Assembly: GCF_009914755.1 (NCBI RefSeq)
Contig: NC_060931.1
DNA from: the human T2T-CHM13v2.0 reference genome, Homo sapiens
Length of the DNA: 64,000 nt
Reading direction: 5' to 3' (one strand)
Shown here one piece after another: positions 29,610-47,959 of this stretch. Every line of letters starts with the position of its first letter. The stretch's first letter is position 1. The position numbers were made by a program, and so were the translations under genes. The notes under the pieces were generated by a model. It saw nothing but the letters and a program-made list of their open reading frames with translations, was not told the origin of the DNA and did no database searches.

Positions 29610-30420
29610 GGGCGCGCGGTATCCCTCTGCCTGGGGCGTCCCCCATCCAGGCCGAGGACACCCCCCTAAACGCTGCTCCCCCGACCTGGGCTGCCTCTCG
29701 GGCGCTGCCCGCTGCGCGTTTGCTGAGTGGCTGACCCAAGGCTGGGCCCGCCCGTGTGTGACTCAGGCGGCCGCTCTCTTCTGGGAAGGGACGGGGTCGG
29801 GGTCTGGGCCCCTTTCCAAGGCCCTCATTGGAAGCCGAGGTCGCCCAGCGCGATGGGGTCCCGCCGGGGTTCCCGGACACTGGAGGTGGTGGCAGTGGAC
29901 ACCAGGACCAGGGGCCTCGCCCCCCTTGGCAGTGACGCCAGGGCCCCGACCCCTGACCCTTAGCTCCCCACTGCCTGACCCAGGGCTGCCCGACCCTTGA
30001 CCCTGAGCCAGCGAGACGCGGCTCGGGGGCGACCCGGCGTCCGCAGCGGCGCTAACCTGGATGTTCTGGAAGTCCTGCTGTAGATCCTCCCAGTCCCGCA
30101 GGCAGTCGCCCAGCGGGCCCGGGGGCGGGGGCTGCATGGCTGCAGCGCCAGTAGCCAGTAGTGGAGGACGGCGCAGCAACCCCGGCCCACCCGAGGCTCC
30201 TCCGCCACCGCCCCCGTCCGCTTCCGGGCTCGCGCCGCCACGGGCACCAATGGGGAAAGGCCACGCCCCCCGCCCCAGCCAATCCGGGACAGGGGCGGGG
30301 TATGGGCGGGGCCGTATGCAAGGGCGGTTGCTAGCCCCGGGACTCGCGGCCTGGACCGGGACTGGGACGGCTGCAGCCCCCGGGCCTGGACTGCACTGAC
30401 TGTGCCAGCCGCGTGGTGCA
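29610..30420 (-). promoter_or_regulatory. TMEM120A: CpG-island promoter of TMEM120A with GC boxes and two CCAAT boxes
   Basis: Dense CpG; CCAAT at 30247 and 30279; GGGGCGGGG at ~30292, GGGCGGGG at ~30303, CCCCGCCC at ~30268; no TATA box seen. Confidence 0.9.
30057..30137 (-). CDS. TMEM120A: TMEM120A exon 1 coding part (MQPPPPGPLGDCLRDWEDLQQDFQNIQ)
   Basis: Kozak-like gcagccATG; |gttagc donor; the 12 exons sum to 1032 nt = 343 aa + stop. Confidence 0.97.
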
Positions 30421-31089
30421 GCCAGCAGGGCTCTGGCCCGTCATGCTGAGAGCAAACCAAGGTCCAGGGAGGTGACACCTGCTTGCAACATTTTCGTCCT
30501 TGGGAAGCTGAGCCTCTTTGGGGAAGGGAGTTAGAGCTGCTTCTCTCGCTTGGATTTTTACAGCGGCCTCCTTTCTCCCTGCCTCACCTCCACTGTCCCT
30601 TCTCGCGGCCACCGGACTGCCCTTCCCAAAACACAAGGCTGATTCCCCATCATGTTCATGCTTAAAACTTTCCAGCGGCTGTGTCCTGCCTACCAGGAGG
30701 TCCCTAATCGGAGCTCTGCAGCCATCCCGGGCTCTGTCCCAACTCACACCCTGAGGAAAGCCAGGGCTGTGTGTAAAGCCGTTCCCCCTCTGGCAAAACC
30801 CCACTCCTCCTTGAAGGCCTGCCCTTCTGTTGAGGGGAATCCCCCACCCCCTCCCACCCCCATCCCTCCACAGAGCGCGCTAAGTGGTGGGACGGCATTC
30901 ATCTCTCTGTTCCCAGCCCCACCCACGCGGTGGCAGGGAATGGTTGCCGAATGGACTTGGGGAAGGTCCTGCATGGATGGACATCCTAATCCCCTACCAG
31001 TCCCCTAGTCTGTGCCGTCTCCTGATGCCCAGTTTGTTCTGTGGGTGCTGCCAGCTTTGGAGAAGTGCATTTGGAAAACAACTTCCAAC

Positions 31090-31385
31090 TGGGTGCCGTG
31101 GCCCACACCTGTAATCCCAGCATTTTGGGGAGGCCGAGGCTGGAGGATCACTTGAGCCCAGAAGTTCGAGACCAGCCTAGGCAACAGAGCAAGACCCTGT
31201 TTCTACAAAAATAAAAATAAATTAGCCAGGTGTGATGGTGCATGCCTGCATTCCCAGCTACTCACTCAGGAGGTTGAGGTGGGAGGATCGCTTGAGCCCA
31301 GGGAAGTTGAGGCTGCAGTGAGCCATGATTGCGCCACTGCACTCCAGCCTGAGAGACACAGCAAGACCGTGCCTCCAAAAAAAAG
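31090..31385 (+). mobile_element. AluJ-like element between STYXL1 and TMEM120A
   Basis: Alu consensus with J-type gagcccag...gaggctgcagtgagccatgatt. Confidence 0.85.
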
Positions 31386-32034
31386 GAAAGGGGGTAAAAA
31401 AAAGGAAAACTTTTAAGACCTTAGGAATTTCTAGAAACGTGGATAGGGAGATGGGGGAGGGGGTGAGAATCTCTCCTTGGTGAACACAGCCAGGCAGAAA
31501 TGAGTGGGGAGCAGGGAAAGAAAATCTGTTTCAAGGGGTGGATGGCAGGAAGCGCTGGGGATGAGGCAAGGGTGTGATCCCATTCTAGGAGCCTGGGGGC
31601 TAGACAAGGCTGGGCTTGGTATCTCTGGGACTAGGGGACTGCCTATTGGTGGCTATTGTGACATCCTCTGTGAACCAACACAGGCAACCTCTGGGTACCC
31701 CCAGGCAGCCTCCAAAGGGTCTAAGTCACCAGGGGGATGCAGGGCAGCTGCTCTAGCAGCCAGATGCTCTTCCAGAGGCAGCCTCAGGGGTGCAGTTGGG
31801 ATGGCCCGCGACACCTCAGGGATGCGGGTTCTTGGTGAACCTGAGCAGGGCGCATCAGCTAGGTGGCGTGAACAGGCACTTGGGAAGAATCAGTACAGGA
31901 GGCTAACATGAGACTTTCAGGCAGCAAAGGCCTTCTCCTTCCAGACAAGCCTGGGTATACACACTCTGGCCCTCCACCCACAAAATGCCCCCAGGTGAGG
32001 CTCTTCAGTACCCTTCGGTGGGCCTCGGAGAAGA

Positions 32035-32166
32035 TCAGTAGAGCGGATCCATGATGTTTGTGATGGAATCTCCAAGGATAGTCTTCTCCCATTCCAGCAG
32101 CTGGCTCACCAATCCCCGATTTGGACACATGTTGTTTTTGCACTTCTTGACATAGGCCCAGGACCT
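32035..32166 (-). CDS. STYXL1: STYXL1 (MK-STYX) final coding exon 9 ([43 protein letters not shown])
   Basis: tcatag| acceptor, TGA stop; DUSP C-terminal PNxG..QL motif. Confidence 0.95.
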
Positions 32167-32586
32167 CTATGAATACAAAGAGAGAAAGTGAACTTCACGA
32201 TTGGTCCTGGGCCCTTTCCACTTGGATCAGAGGCAGCTTTCAGAGACAGGAGGCACTTGCACAGTGCCAGCAACACGGCTTAAGGGCTGGATGCAGAAAC
32301 AGGGCAGCCTGGCATGAATGCATCAGTGCTGGGAGTCATGGGAGCTGACTCTGCCTTGGGCAAGCCCCTCTGCTTCTAAATCTGGTGACAGAAATAATTC
32401 CTATTTCAAACAGCTTCTGGGAAGATTAAGACAATATACATGAAACCACCTGTGGATGGCAAACACTATGCCAAGCCTAGTGCAGTCTCAACAAAGGTTT
32501 GCATTGTGACTGGACAAATTAATGGAAAGAGGAAGAGAACTGTGGGCAAATTCTCTGAAGAAGAAAATTCAAGCTGCCCTCCTTCA

Positions 32587-35058
<2,472 letters not shown>

Positions 35059-35059
35059 T

Positions 35060-35069
35060 TGTGTATGTG

Positions 35070-35131
<62 letters not shown>
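35060..35131. repeat. (TG)n/(TA)n microsatellite in an Alu tail
   Basis: Directly visible dinucleotide run. Confidence 0.95.
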
Positions 35132-35132
<1 letters not shown>

Positions 35133-35140
35133 TTTTTTGA

Positions 35141-35459
<319 letters not shown>

Positions 35460-36463
35460 TGAGGGGCAGAGCTGTGCAGTCAAAAGGCTTACTATGTCCT
35501 CGCTGGGTCAGAACAGGCCCTGGAGGAAGAATCGTAAACCACCCATCCCCCACCACCACCCCACACATCGCCTGGCCAAGATGGTGAAACCCTGTCTCTA
35601 CTAAAAATACAAAAATTAGCCGGGCATGGTGACACGGACCTGTAATCCCAGCTACGCGGGAGGCAGAGACAGGAGAATCGCTTGAACCCAGGAGGCAGAG
35701 GGTGCAGTGGAGGTTCAAGAATCGCTTGAACCCAGGAGGTGGAGATTGCACCACTGCACTCCAGCCTGGGCAACAGAACAAGACTCCACCTCAAAAAAAA
35801 AAAAAAAAAAAAAAAAAGGACTTTCTAGCCTACAACTTCACCCCCAAAGTGCACATGGGGGCAACAACCGAAGCCACTGGCCAACGAGTTTTATTCTTTG
35901 TCCCTCTCCTTCCCCCAAAAACATCCCTGGGCAAATGTTGGGGCTTTGTAGGTCCTATCAAGCCCTCTGGGGATCACGAACAGGCTGTGACAGGCAGGGC
36001 AGGCCCTCGAGAAAGGTGCTGTGAGTTAGGAGCCCCGAGTTCCGCCTGGGTTTGCTGCGATGGGTCCCTGCTTCCCTCTCTTCTCTGGACCCTGCGCCCA
36101 AGGTACAGGGAGATAGACGGGAGTGGGTGGGCGCCTGTGCTGCAGCTCTGGGACTCCAAGCAGTTCTCCCTTGGGCAACACCAAACAAACACAGGTGGAC
36201 GGCCTGACAGCAGTGGGGGCTGCAGGACAGCCTGACCTGGCCTGAGTCCCTGGGCCAGCCCTGCATATCCAGCCTCAGGCCTCAAGCATGCAACACTGGG
36301 GCCTTGCCCTTGGGTGACGCGGACTGGGGAGCACCCTAGACTTGGAGTTATCTGGGATTCTTCCTCCCAAAGCAGTGCTGGGGCCCCACTCCTCCCAGGT
36401 TGCGCTCTGACCTCACCTCCCAGGGGGTGGCCGTGGTGCGAGCCTGGCCCGGGGAACGCATAC

Positions 36464-36576
36464 CTGCAAGGTCTGCTCGTTACTATGCATGAGGTAGGCT
36501 ATGATGGCGGCACAACTGCGGCTGATACCCTGGGTGGAAAAGATCAGAATGACAGAGCCAAGGTGATGGTGAATTT
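36464..36576 (-). CDS. STYXL1: STYXL1 exon 8 ([37 protein letters not shown])
   Basis: ttgcag|...|gtatgc; 113 nt; pseudo-catalytic [10 protein letters not shown] and AYLM motifs; ends in phase 0. Confidence 0.97.
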
Positions 36577-37086
36577 CTGCAAAAAGAAGTGGGGGGTTGG
36601 GTCATGCCTGGCCCTCCTCCCTGTGGGCCTGGGTTGCTGTCAGACACTGGCCTCCATGGGCCCGTGGTCCAAGCATGAGTTCAAAACCAGCCCACGTGAC
36701 CTCGGCAAGTCCCATGATTTCTCTGGGAGCCCATTTCATTGTCTAGCAAGTGGGCATCCCTCAGACCTGGCTGGAAGTTCCAGAGAATCATGCCTGGGCA
36801 ACCAGCATCACCAGGCAAAGACCTTCTCCTGAACTCCAGGTTTCTAGCCCAGGAAGCTCTGCTACCAACTGGCCTCCCAGTATGGGGCGGACAGGACCAT
36901 CGTCATCCCAAAAACAGTCAGGAGCTGACAGAGCCAGTGTAGCCTGAGTGCCAATCCTGACTGCCACTCACTGGCCGTGGGGCTTGGGCAAGTTACTTCC
37001 TTTCCTTTCCTTCCCCCATCTCCTCTCTTCTTTCCCCTTTCTTCTCCTCTCTACTCCTCTCTCTCCTTTCCTTCTTTCTTTGTTGA

Positions 37087-37305
<219 letters not shown>

Positions 37306-38164
37306 TGATCTGCCTGCCTTGGCCTCCCAAAGTGCTGGGATTATAGGCATGAGCCACTGCGCCTGATTTTTTTTTTTTTTTTTTTTTTTTTCAATATAGA
37401 CATGCAGTCTCACTATGTTGTTCAGGCTGGTCTTGAACTCCTGACCTCGGGTGATCTGCCCACCTTGGCTTCTCAAAGTACTGGAATGACAGGTAAGAAC
37501 CACTGTGCCCAGCCTATTTTTATTTATTTTATTTTAGAGACTGGGTCTTGCTCTGTTGCCCAGGCTGGAACGCAGTGGTGTAATCACAGCTCACTGCAAC
37601 CTTGAACTCCTGGGCTCAAGTAACCCTCCGCCTTAGCCTTCTGAGTAGCTGGGACCACAGGCATGTGCCACCATATCCAGCTAACTTTTTTGTACAGATG
37701 GGGTCTCACAATGTTGCCCGGGCTGGAGGGTAAGTTACTTGAGGCCACGGTGTCCTCATCTGGAAAACGGGATCACAGTATACTACCTACTTCATACAGT
37801 TTGGTTTTGTTCTGTGCTGAGCCCAGTGCCTGGCACAGAAATATCAGCTCTAATCACAGCACCCCTGAAGCTGTGAGTCCTGCCCAGGGAGAGGAAATCT
37901 AAGCTGGCACCCGAGGCTGGTCTGGCAACCCTCAGGAACTGAAGATAAGCCTATCAAGTGCAAAATCACAGACTGCCAGGGCTGAAGAAGGACGCAGAGA
38001 TGACGATGGCCACCTTCCTCACCATCTGAATAAAGGAACTGAGCATGCAGTTTAATTTATTGACTGGCTCAGTGCTACCCAGGGAGGCAGGCTAGATGGG
38101 GTCCCTCCTTGGGCCACAAGGCTCTGCCATCTCGAGGTGGGACACATGGGAAGTCTCAGCCTCA

Positions 38165-38566
<402 letters not shown>

Positions 38567-39332
38567 TCAGGCCAGGAGCTGTTGGTGCCAGACAGGCAGG
38601 CATGGGGTGGGGACTCTGACCTGACTCAGCCCTGCTCTCTCTACAGATCTTACTCTCCTCTGGCAATCTGGAGCCCCAGGAATGAGTAAAAAATCCACTC
38701 TTGATGAGTTAAGTAACTGGTGGGCATCACTTGGGTGTGGTGGCTCATGCCTATAATCCCAGCACCTTGAGAGGCTGAGGTAGGAAGATCGCTTGAGGCC
38801 AGGAGTTCAAGACCTGCCTAGGCAACATAGCAAGACCCCAACTCCACCAACCAACCAACAAACAAAAACAAAGAAAATCTTGGAAGTCAGAACTGAAAGA
38901 GCTTTGTAGTCTTCCTTCCATTCCACCGACATCCCACAGACCAAGGATGAAGGCGGGGATGGAGAGAGATAGATTTACTACTGGTCCCCAGAGCTCAGCC
39001 CAGAGCCTCCATGAGCATGTGCACTTGTGGGTAGCCATCACTCTCATTTTACAACAAGCCCAGAAGGGCACAGCCATCTAGCCAGGGCCAGAGCCTTGGG
39101 CCCCACTGCCCCCGAGGTAAACACCACGGTTGCTCGTTTCACTGAGGGCTCCCCAGAAGTTGGACGTGTCCTGGAGCTTGTCCCACCCAGATGGAGCATA
39201 TGCCGAGCTGGGCCCTTTCTCTCTAGAGCATGGGGAAATCACGGTCCAGAATAAGCCTGTGAAGGAGGCTCCACTGCCCCTCTGCTTCCCAGACACAGGC
39301 CAGTTGCTACCCGGCCAAGGAACGCTCCTTAC

Positions 39333-39430
39333 CAATGAAGTGACACATGTGGCGTAAGAAGGGAAGAATCTGGGCTTCCGGGGAATCTTCTATCCGGATG
39401 TGCAGAAGCTTGTCAGCATCGCCTGCAAAA
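39333..39430 (-). CDS. STYXL1: STYXL1 exon 7 ([32 protein letters not shown])
   Basis: gtgtag|...|gtaagg; 98 nt. Confidence 0.96.
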
Positions 39431-39612
39431 CTACACGGAAGGACCACACAGGTCATCAGGTGGAACGCAGAATGCAGGCATCCCCATTGTGGGGTTTTCA
39501 TCACAGCAGAAGGGCCACAGGGAGGACGCTGAGCTTGTGTAAGGGGGAATGTGCACAGGTAACTCAACCTCTCCTGGAAAAAAACATCCAGGCTGGGTGT
39601 GGTGGCTCATGA

Positions 39613-40098
<486 letters not shown>

Positions 40099-40388
40099 TG
40101 AAACCCTGTCTCTACTAAAAACTACAAAAATTAGCCGGGTATGATGGCACACACCTTTAGTCCCAGCTACTGGGGAGGCTGAGGCAGGAGAATCACTTAA
40201 CCCTGGAGGCGGAGGTTGCAGTGAGCCAAGATTGTGCCACTGCACTCCAGCCTGGGTGACAGAGCAAGACCCCATCTCAAAAAATAATAAAATAGGCCAG
40301 GCGCGGTGGCTCATGCCTGTAATCCCAGCACTTTGGGAGGCCAAGGCGGGATGATCACAAGGTCAGGTGATCGAGACCATCCTGGCTA

Positions 40389-40800
<412 letters not shown>

Positions 40801-40833
40801 TGAAATATAAATCAGTAGTTTCTCTTTACTTAC

Positions 40834-40979
40834 AAGGGCCCTGTATCCATGGAGACATTGACATGGGCTTTGATTTTCAAGTCCTTCTGAATCTTGGGGT
40901 CACAGGCTTGACTGAAATTGCCAACGAAGACCTTCCCTGGCACAATTTCAATGGGGTATGGCTGAAATGCATCCAGTTC
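40834..40979 (-). CDS. STYXL1: STYXL1 exon 6 ([48 protein letters not shown])
   Basis: cttcag|...|gtaagt; 146 nt; start of DUSP domain. Confidence 0.96.
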
Positions 40980-41373
40980 CTGAAGTGTGGAGGGAGAAAG
41001 GCAGCTATGAGCATATTCCTCAGGGAAGAGGGATGTCTATCTCTTGAAACACAGCTCAGCAAACGAGCGTAAAAGGGCAGTTCCAGGACAGTGAATGTGA
41101 CGGAGATCCAGACTTTGAAAGAGATTGGCACACGGTAACTTGCATGGGGTGGCACAGGGCGAGTCATGACGAAAGGACTGAGCCTCATCGTGCAGAGCGC
41201 TGGGTCTCAGCACTGGTGTCCATTCCCTCCGTGGCAACTGTTTACACTTGGCCAGGTGCACAAAGGTTGCAGTGAGGACGCTGTGGCCCAGAACTGTAAC
41301 AACCCAGCATGTACTGGGGGCTCAGGAGGATGGAGAGGGACAGCTCTCTTAAGACCACCAGAATTTAAGCATC

Positions 41374-41500
41374 GAGAGAGAGAGAGAAGGAGGAGGAGGA
41401 GGAAGAGAGAGGAGGAGGAAGAGAGAGGAGGAGAGAGGAGGAGGAGGAGGAGAGAGGAGGAGGAGGAGGAGGAGGGAGGAGGTGGAGGAGGAGAGAGGAG
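41374..41500. repeat. (GGA)n/(GA)n polypurine tract
   Basis: ~125 bp almost entirely G and A. Confidence 0.95.
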
Positions 41501-42096
41501 GTTTCATCATGTTGGCCAGGCTGGTCTTGAACTCCTGACCTCAAGTAATCCACCTGCCTCGGCTGCCCAAAGTGCTAGGATTACAGGCGTGAGCCACTGT
41601 GCTCAACCCATCTTTTTCTTTTCTTTTCTTTTTTTAAAGATACAGGGTCTCTCACTCTGTCACCCAGGCTGGAGTGCAAGTGGCTCAATCATAGCTCGCT
41701 GCAGTCTTATCTTCCTGGGCTCAAATGCTTCTCCTACCTCAGCCTCCCAGGTAGCTGGGACTACAGGTGCGCATGACCATACTCAGCTAATTTTGATACT
41801 TTTATCTTTTGTAGAGATGGGGTCTCACTATGTTGCCCAAGCTGTCCTCGAACTCCTGGCCTGTAGTGATCCTCCTGCCTCAGCCTCCCAAAGTGTTGGG
41901 ATACACATGTGAGCCACCCTGCATGCCCAGAAATGAAGCCAGTGTATGTGCAGAGGGGTAGAGAGAACAAGACACCTACTTAAATGGGAGCTTCCTGAGT
42001 TCCAGGTCCAAAGTTATCATTAAAACTTTCGTTTGCCGGGCGCAGTGGCTCAAGCCTGTAATCCCAGCACTTTGGGAGGCTGAGGTGGGCGGATCA

Positions 42097-42426
<330 letters not shown>

Positions 42427-42489
42427 CTAGTCCCCCATAAGGCACTATGAGAAAAGGGTTCAGGGGTTCAGACAACCAAATGCAATCTG

Positions 42490-43110
<621 letters not shown>

Positions 43111-43448
43111 CTGTACAAACGGACAGCTGTATCTATGATTCCTCTCTCGGAAACAACACGTACATTAGCAATCAAAGGTTCAAAGAAGTTGGGCACAGTG
43201 GCTGCTCATGCCTGTGATATCAGCACTTTGGGAGGCCAAGGTGGGAGGATCGCTTGAACCCAGGAGTTCAAGACCAGCCTGGGTAACACAGCAAGACCCT
43301 TGTCTCTACAAAAAATAAAAAATTCGCCAGGCATGGTGGCACATGGCTGTACTCCCGGCTACTCAGGAGGCTGAAGTGGGAGGATCCCACAGGAGTTTGA
43401 GGTTACAGAGAGTTATGACCGCATCACTGCACTCCAGCCTGTCTCTCA

Positions 43449-43748
<300 letters not shown>

Positions 43749-43750
43749 TC

Positions 43751-43782
<32 letters not shown>

Positions 43783-46700
43783 CAAAGAAGCTCTGCAGTA
43801 GAGAAATCCACTCCAACTGGATAACTTGATGTTTCCATGAGGCTCTGATTAGAGACCACTTTCTCCATTATTACACCACAGAAAATGCTGACCTTTGCCA
43901 AAGATCAAAATCAGTTCCAAAAGTCCCCTGGCTCTAAGTCTGACTCAGAAATAACATTTTAAGGACCTCAGGCGTGTGGGTCCTTCAGAGCCACCTGAAC
44001 TCAGCACATCTCACTCCCTTCCCCACAGCAGTGAACCCTCTGCAAGCCCACATCCTTCCCAAGCTACCAGCTTCGAAAGCCATTAGTAAAGAACAGACAC
44101 CAAGCTGAGCCAGTTCTCCAGCCTGTGACACGGAGATGCATGACCCCCCACTGCCTGCGGGCAGGCCCAATTTACTCCAGCATGTGGGCTGCCCCTAACC
44201 CGGATGGACGCTCAGCTTGCTGGTGCCAAATGAAATCCCCCTTTCAATTTCCACTTAAAAATCTCGCTAAAAGGCCAGGCATGGTGGCTGATGCTTGTAA
44301 TCCCAGCACTTTGGGAAGCTGAGGCAGGTGGATCACCTGAGGTCAGGAGTTCAAGACCAGCCTGGCCAACATAGTGAAACCCCATCTCTACTAAAAATAT
44401 AAAAATTAGGCGTGGTGGCACACGCCTGTAATCTCAGCTACTCTGGAGGCTGAGGCAGGAGAATCACTTGAACCCAGGAGGTGGAGGTTGCAGTAAGCCC
44501 AGATTGTACCACTGTACTCCAGCCTGGGCAACAGAGATGCTATCTCAAAAAAAAACCAAAACAAAACAAAACAAAAAAAACCCCACAAAAATCCCATAGC
44601 AAATCTATCAACCCCTCTTCCTGCTGTTTTTAAACCAGCTTCCTTTTCTGCGGTTGTGTGGGTTTGGCTGGGAAGAGGGTGTGATGTGGATAAAAACACA
44701 CTGTACTGTAGAATGTGTGTAAATGCTCAGTGACACAATGCAAACGAAACCAGTATCTCAAATGAATATGCCCGAACTGGGCACACTGCCTTCCCCCAAA
44801 ACCACCTCCTTCTTCCCCCACCCCGCCCCCTCCCGAGTGTTCCCCAGAATGAACCACATCACAGCCCCCGTCACCCACGCCTAAAACCAGGGCATCATCC
44901 CAGCCCCCTCTCTCTCCTATGCCCTCATGTCTGATCGGTGCTACCTCCTAAATCTTTCTTTCTTCTTTTTTCTTTTTTGAGATGGAGTCTCACTCTGTCA
45001 CCCAGGCTGGAGTGCAGTGGTGTGACTCAGCTCACTGCAACCTCCGCCTCCCGGGTTCAATTGATTTTCCTGCCTCAGCCTCCTGAGTAACTGGGATTAC
45101 AGGCATGTGCCACCACACCCAGCTAATTTTTGTATTTTTAGTAGAGATGGGGTTTCACCATGTTGGCCAGAATGGTCTTGATCTCTTGACCTCGTGATCC
45201 GCCCGCCTTGGCCTCCCAAAATGCTGGGATTACAGGCGTGAGCCTCCAAGCCCAGCCTTTTAAAAAAATTTTTGTGTAAACAAGGTCTTACTATGTTGCC
45301 CAGGCTAGTCTCAAACTCCTGGACTCAAGTGATCCTTCCACCTCCTCTTTGACCTCCCAAAGTGCTAGGATTCCAAGCTTAAGCCACCACAGCTGGCCAG
45401 TCACCTACATTCTAAAGACAGCTGCAAACAAGTAACCCAATCCAACCCTCACAGCTACCCTAGCCACAACCCTGCGCCTTCTTCCCAATGTGACTAGACT
45501 AGGAGCAAAGGCAAGTTTCAGGAATATGCAACTGTCAAAACGGACCATACCGGGCCTTTTAAATATGTGCAGTTCATCATGTCAATTACACCTTACTAAA
45601 GCTTCAGAAATGAGGAGGTGGCAGTGATGAGTTATCAGCAGCGTAGGGTTTGCAGAGAAGAAATTAATCTCTCTGCACCCTGCAAAGCCAGGGTGCTCCT
45701 CCAAGAGCAAGGAGGAGCAAGGAGGAGTTCCAATCAAGATAAGACTTGATTCAGATTTGAGGCTGGAACATTAAACTGCCCTGGCTTATACTAGACTGAT
45801 TGTCTTTACTTCCTTTATTTAACTGACTGTACACCTGTTGAGCTGAAATTCACAGTGCTGTTATCTCAGTGGAAGAAAGGGATGTCTTTGGGAGCCAGGC
45901 ATGCATACCCTGGATCTGGGAACATGTCTGACCTCAGGCATGAGTCCCTGCCTTCTACGATTCCGGTGAAGGAATGTGGGCATGCGGGGCAGGGGACGGG
46001 TCATGGGCTTCCAAGTTAAGGGGAGGAAGTTGGAGGAGATGCCTGGCAGGGGTTGAAGGGAGTCACCACTGGCTGCGTTCTCTGGGAGATCCTCAGCCCC
46101 AGAAGGAGCCAGGGTGAGGCTGAGCTGGGTCCCGAGAAACCCAGCAGCAGAGGCTACCAGCAGCTCACACAGCCAGACGGGGCCAGAGAGCAGGCACTTT
46201 CCCACCACTAACACGCAGCCAGGCACACAGACAGGTCCACTCTGGGCCCTACTGCCAAAGGTACTCTGCCCAGAAGAGGGGAAGAGAGCAGCTGTCCTTA
46301 AAGCTAACCCCCATCCCTCCCTACTTTGAGTGCCCCCAGCAAACCCTAGGCTGCCCAGCTCTAGGGCATGGGAAGAGATGAGACTTGATTCAGATTTGAG
46401 GTTGGAACATTAAACCGCCCTAGCTTCTACTAGACTGTCTTTTTACTTCCTTTAACATTATTTCAAAACTATACACTAGTTGGCCAGGTGTGGTGGTTCA
46501 TGCCTATAATTCCAGTACTTTGAGAGGCCAAGGCAGGAGGATTGCTTAAGGTCAGGAGTTTTGGACCAGCCTGGGGAACATAGCAAGACCCTGTATCTGC
46601 AAAAAATTTTAAAACTTAGCTGACTGTGGTGGCATGCATCTGTAGTCCCACCTACTCAAGAGGCTGAGGCTGGAGGATACCAAGCCCAGGAGGTGGAGGC

Positions 46701-47559
46701 TGCAGTGAGCTATGATTGCACCACTGCACTCCAGCCTGGGCAACAGAGTGAGACCCTGTCTCTAAAACGTATATATCGCCCAACTTCAAACATTAACAAC
46801 TCATTGGCCAATTTTGTTTCCTCTATACCCTCACTGCCTTCTCACCTCACCCCAGATTATTTGAAAGGAAATTCCAGACATCACGTCATTTCACCCGTAA
46901 ATATTTTGTTCTGTATTTCTAAAAGATAAGGACTTGTACTTTATAATAACCATAACAATGTCACTACAACCTTCGAAAAGCAACAATTCCTAAACACAGT
47001 CAAACATCCTGTGAATAGTCACATTTGCCCAGTCATTCTATACTATGATTTCGATTGAAGTTTTTTGTAACCAAAAGTGGCCAGAAAGTATGGAATCTGC
47101 TCACGATGTTGCTAAGGGCAGGAAGGGGAACACAGCTGAAGGCAACTGTTAGAAAAAGTTAAAACCACTTTCTGTTTACATTCCATTGTGTTCAGACGCT
47201 TCAATAAGCCAGACATCTGTACACGGCACTCTCCAGGGACCAGGCCCTGCCTGCAAATCTCTGCATAGTCTGGTGCTAGCCTTAGACAACTCCACCCAGT
47301 TCTCTTCCTCGAAATCTCCTCCTCCGTCAGATTTGGCTCTGGGAAGCTCAAGTGCCCCTTCTCTGGGCTCCAGATACCCGGGGCGTCCCTTGACACAGTC
47401 CAGCTTCCAGCCACTGCCTCCCCTACAGACAGGACCAGTCATCAGCAGAAACTGGAATCTCAAAATTGTTTTGTTTTGACAAAACTGACCATGAGTTGAC
47501 AATGTTTGGAGCTAGGTGATGGACAAAGGGGTTTAATATCTGATTCTCTTTTTGTATTA

Positions 47560-47959
<400 letters not shown>

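Noticed and set aside
41040-41280. CpG-retaining, coding-looking stretch upstream of STYXL1 exon 6
   Set aside because: No frame I tried gave a recognisable peptide, and no convincing splice-site pair
41166-41912. 248-aa ORF with poly-Arg/Glu/Gly
   Set aside because: Made of the (GGA)n tract plus two Alu segments
45742-46454. Direct repeat unit as a C/D box snoRNA pair
   Set aside because: No proper RUGAUGA C box on either strand, and the + strand CTGA is present in only one copy
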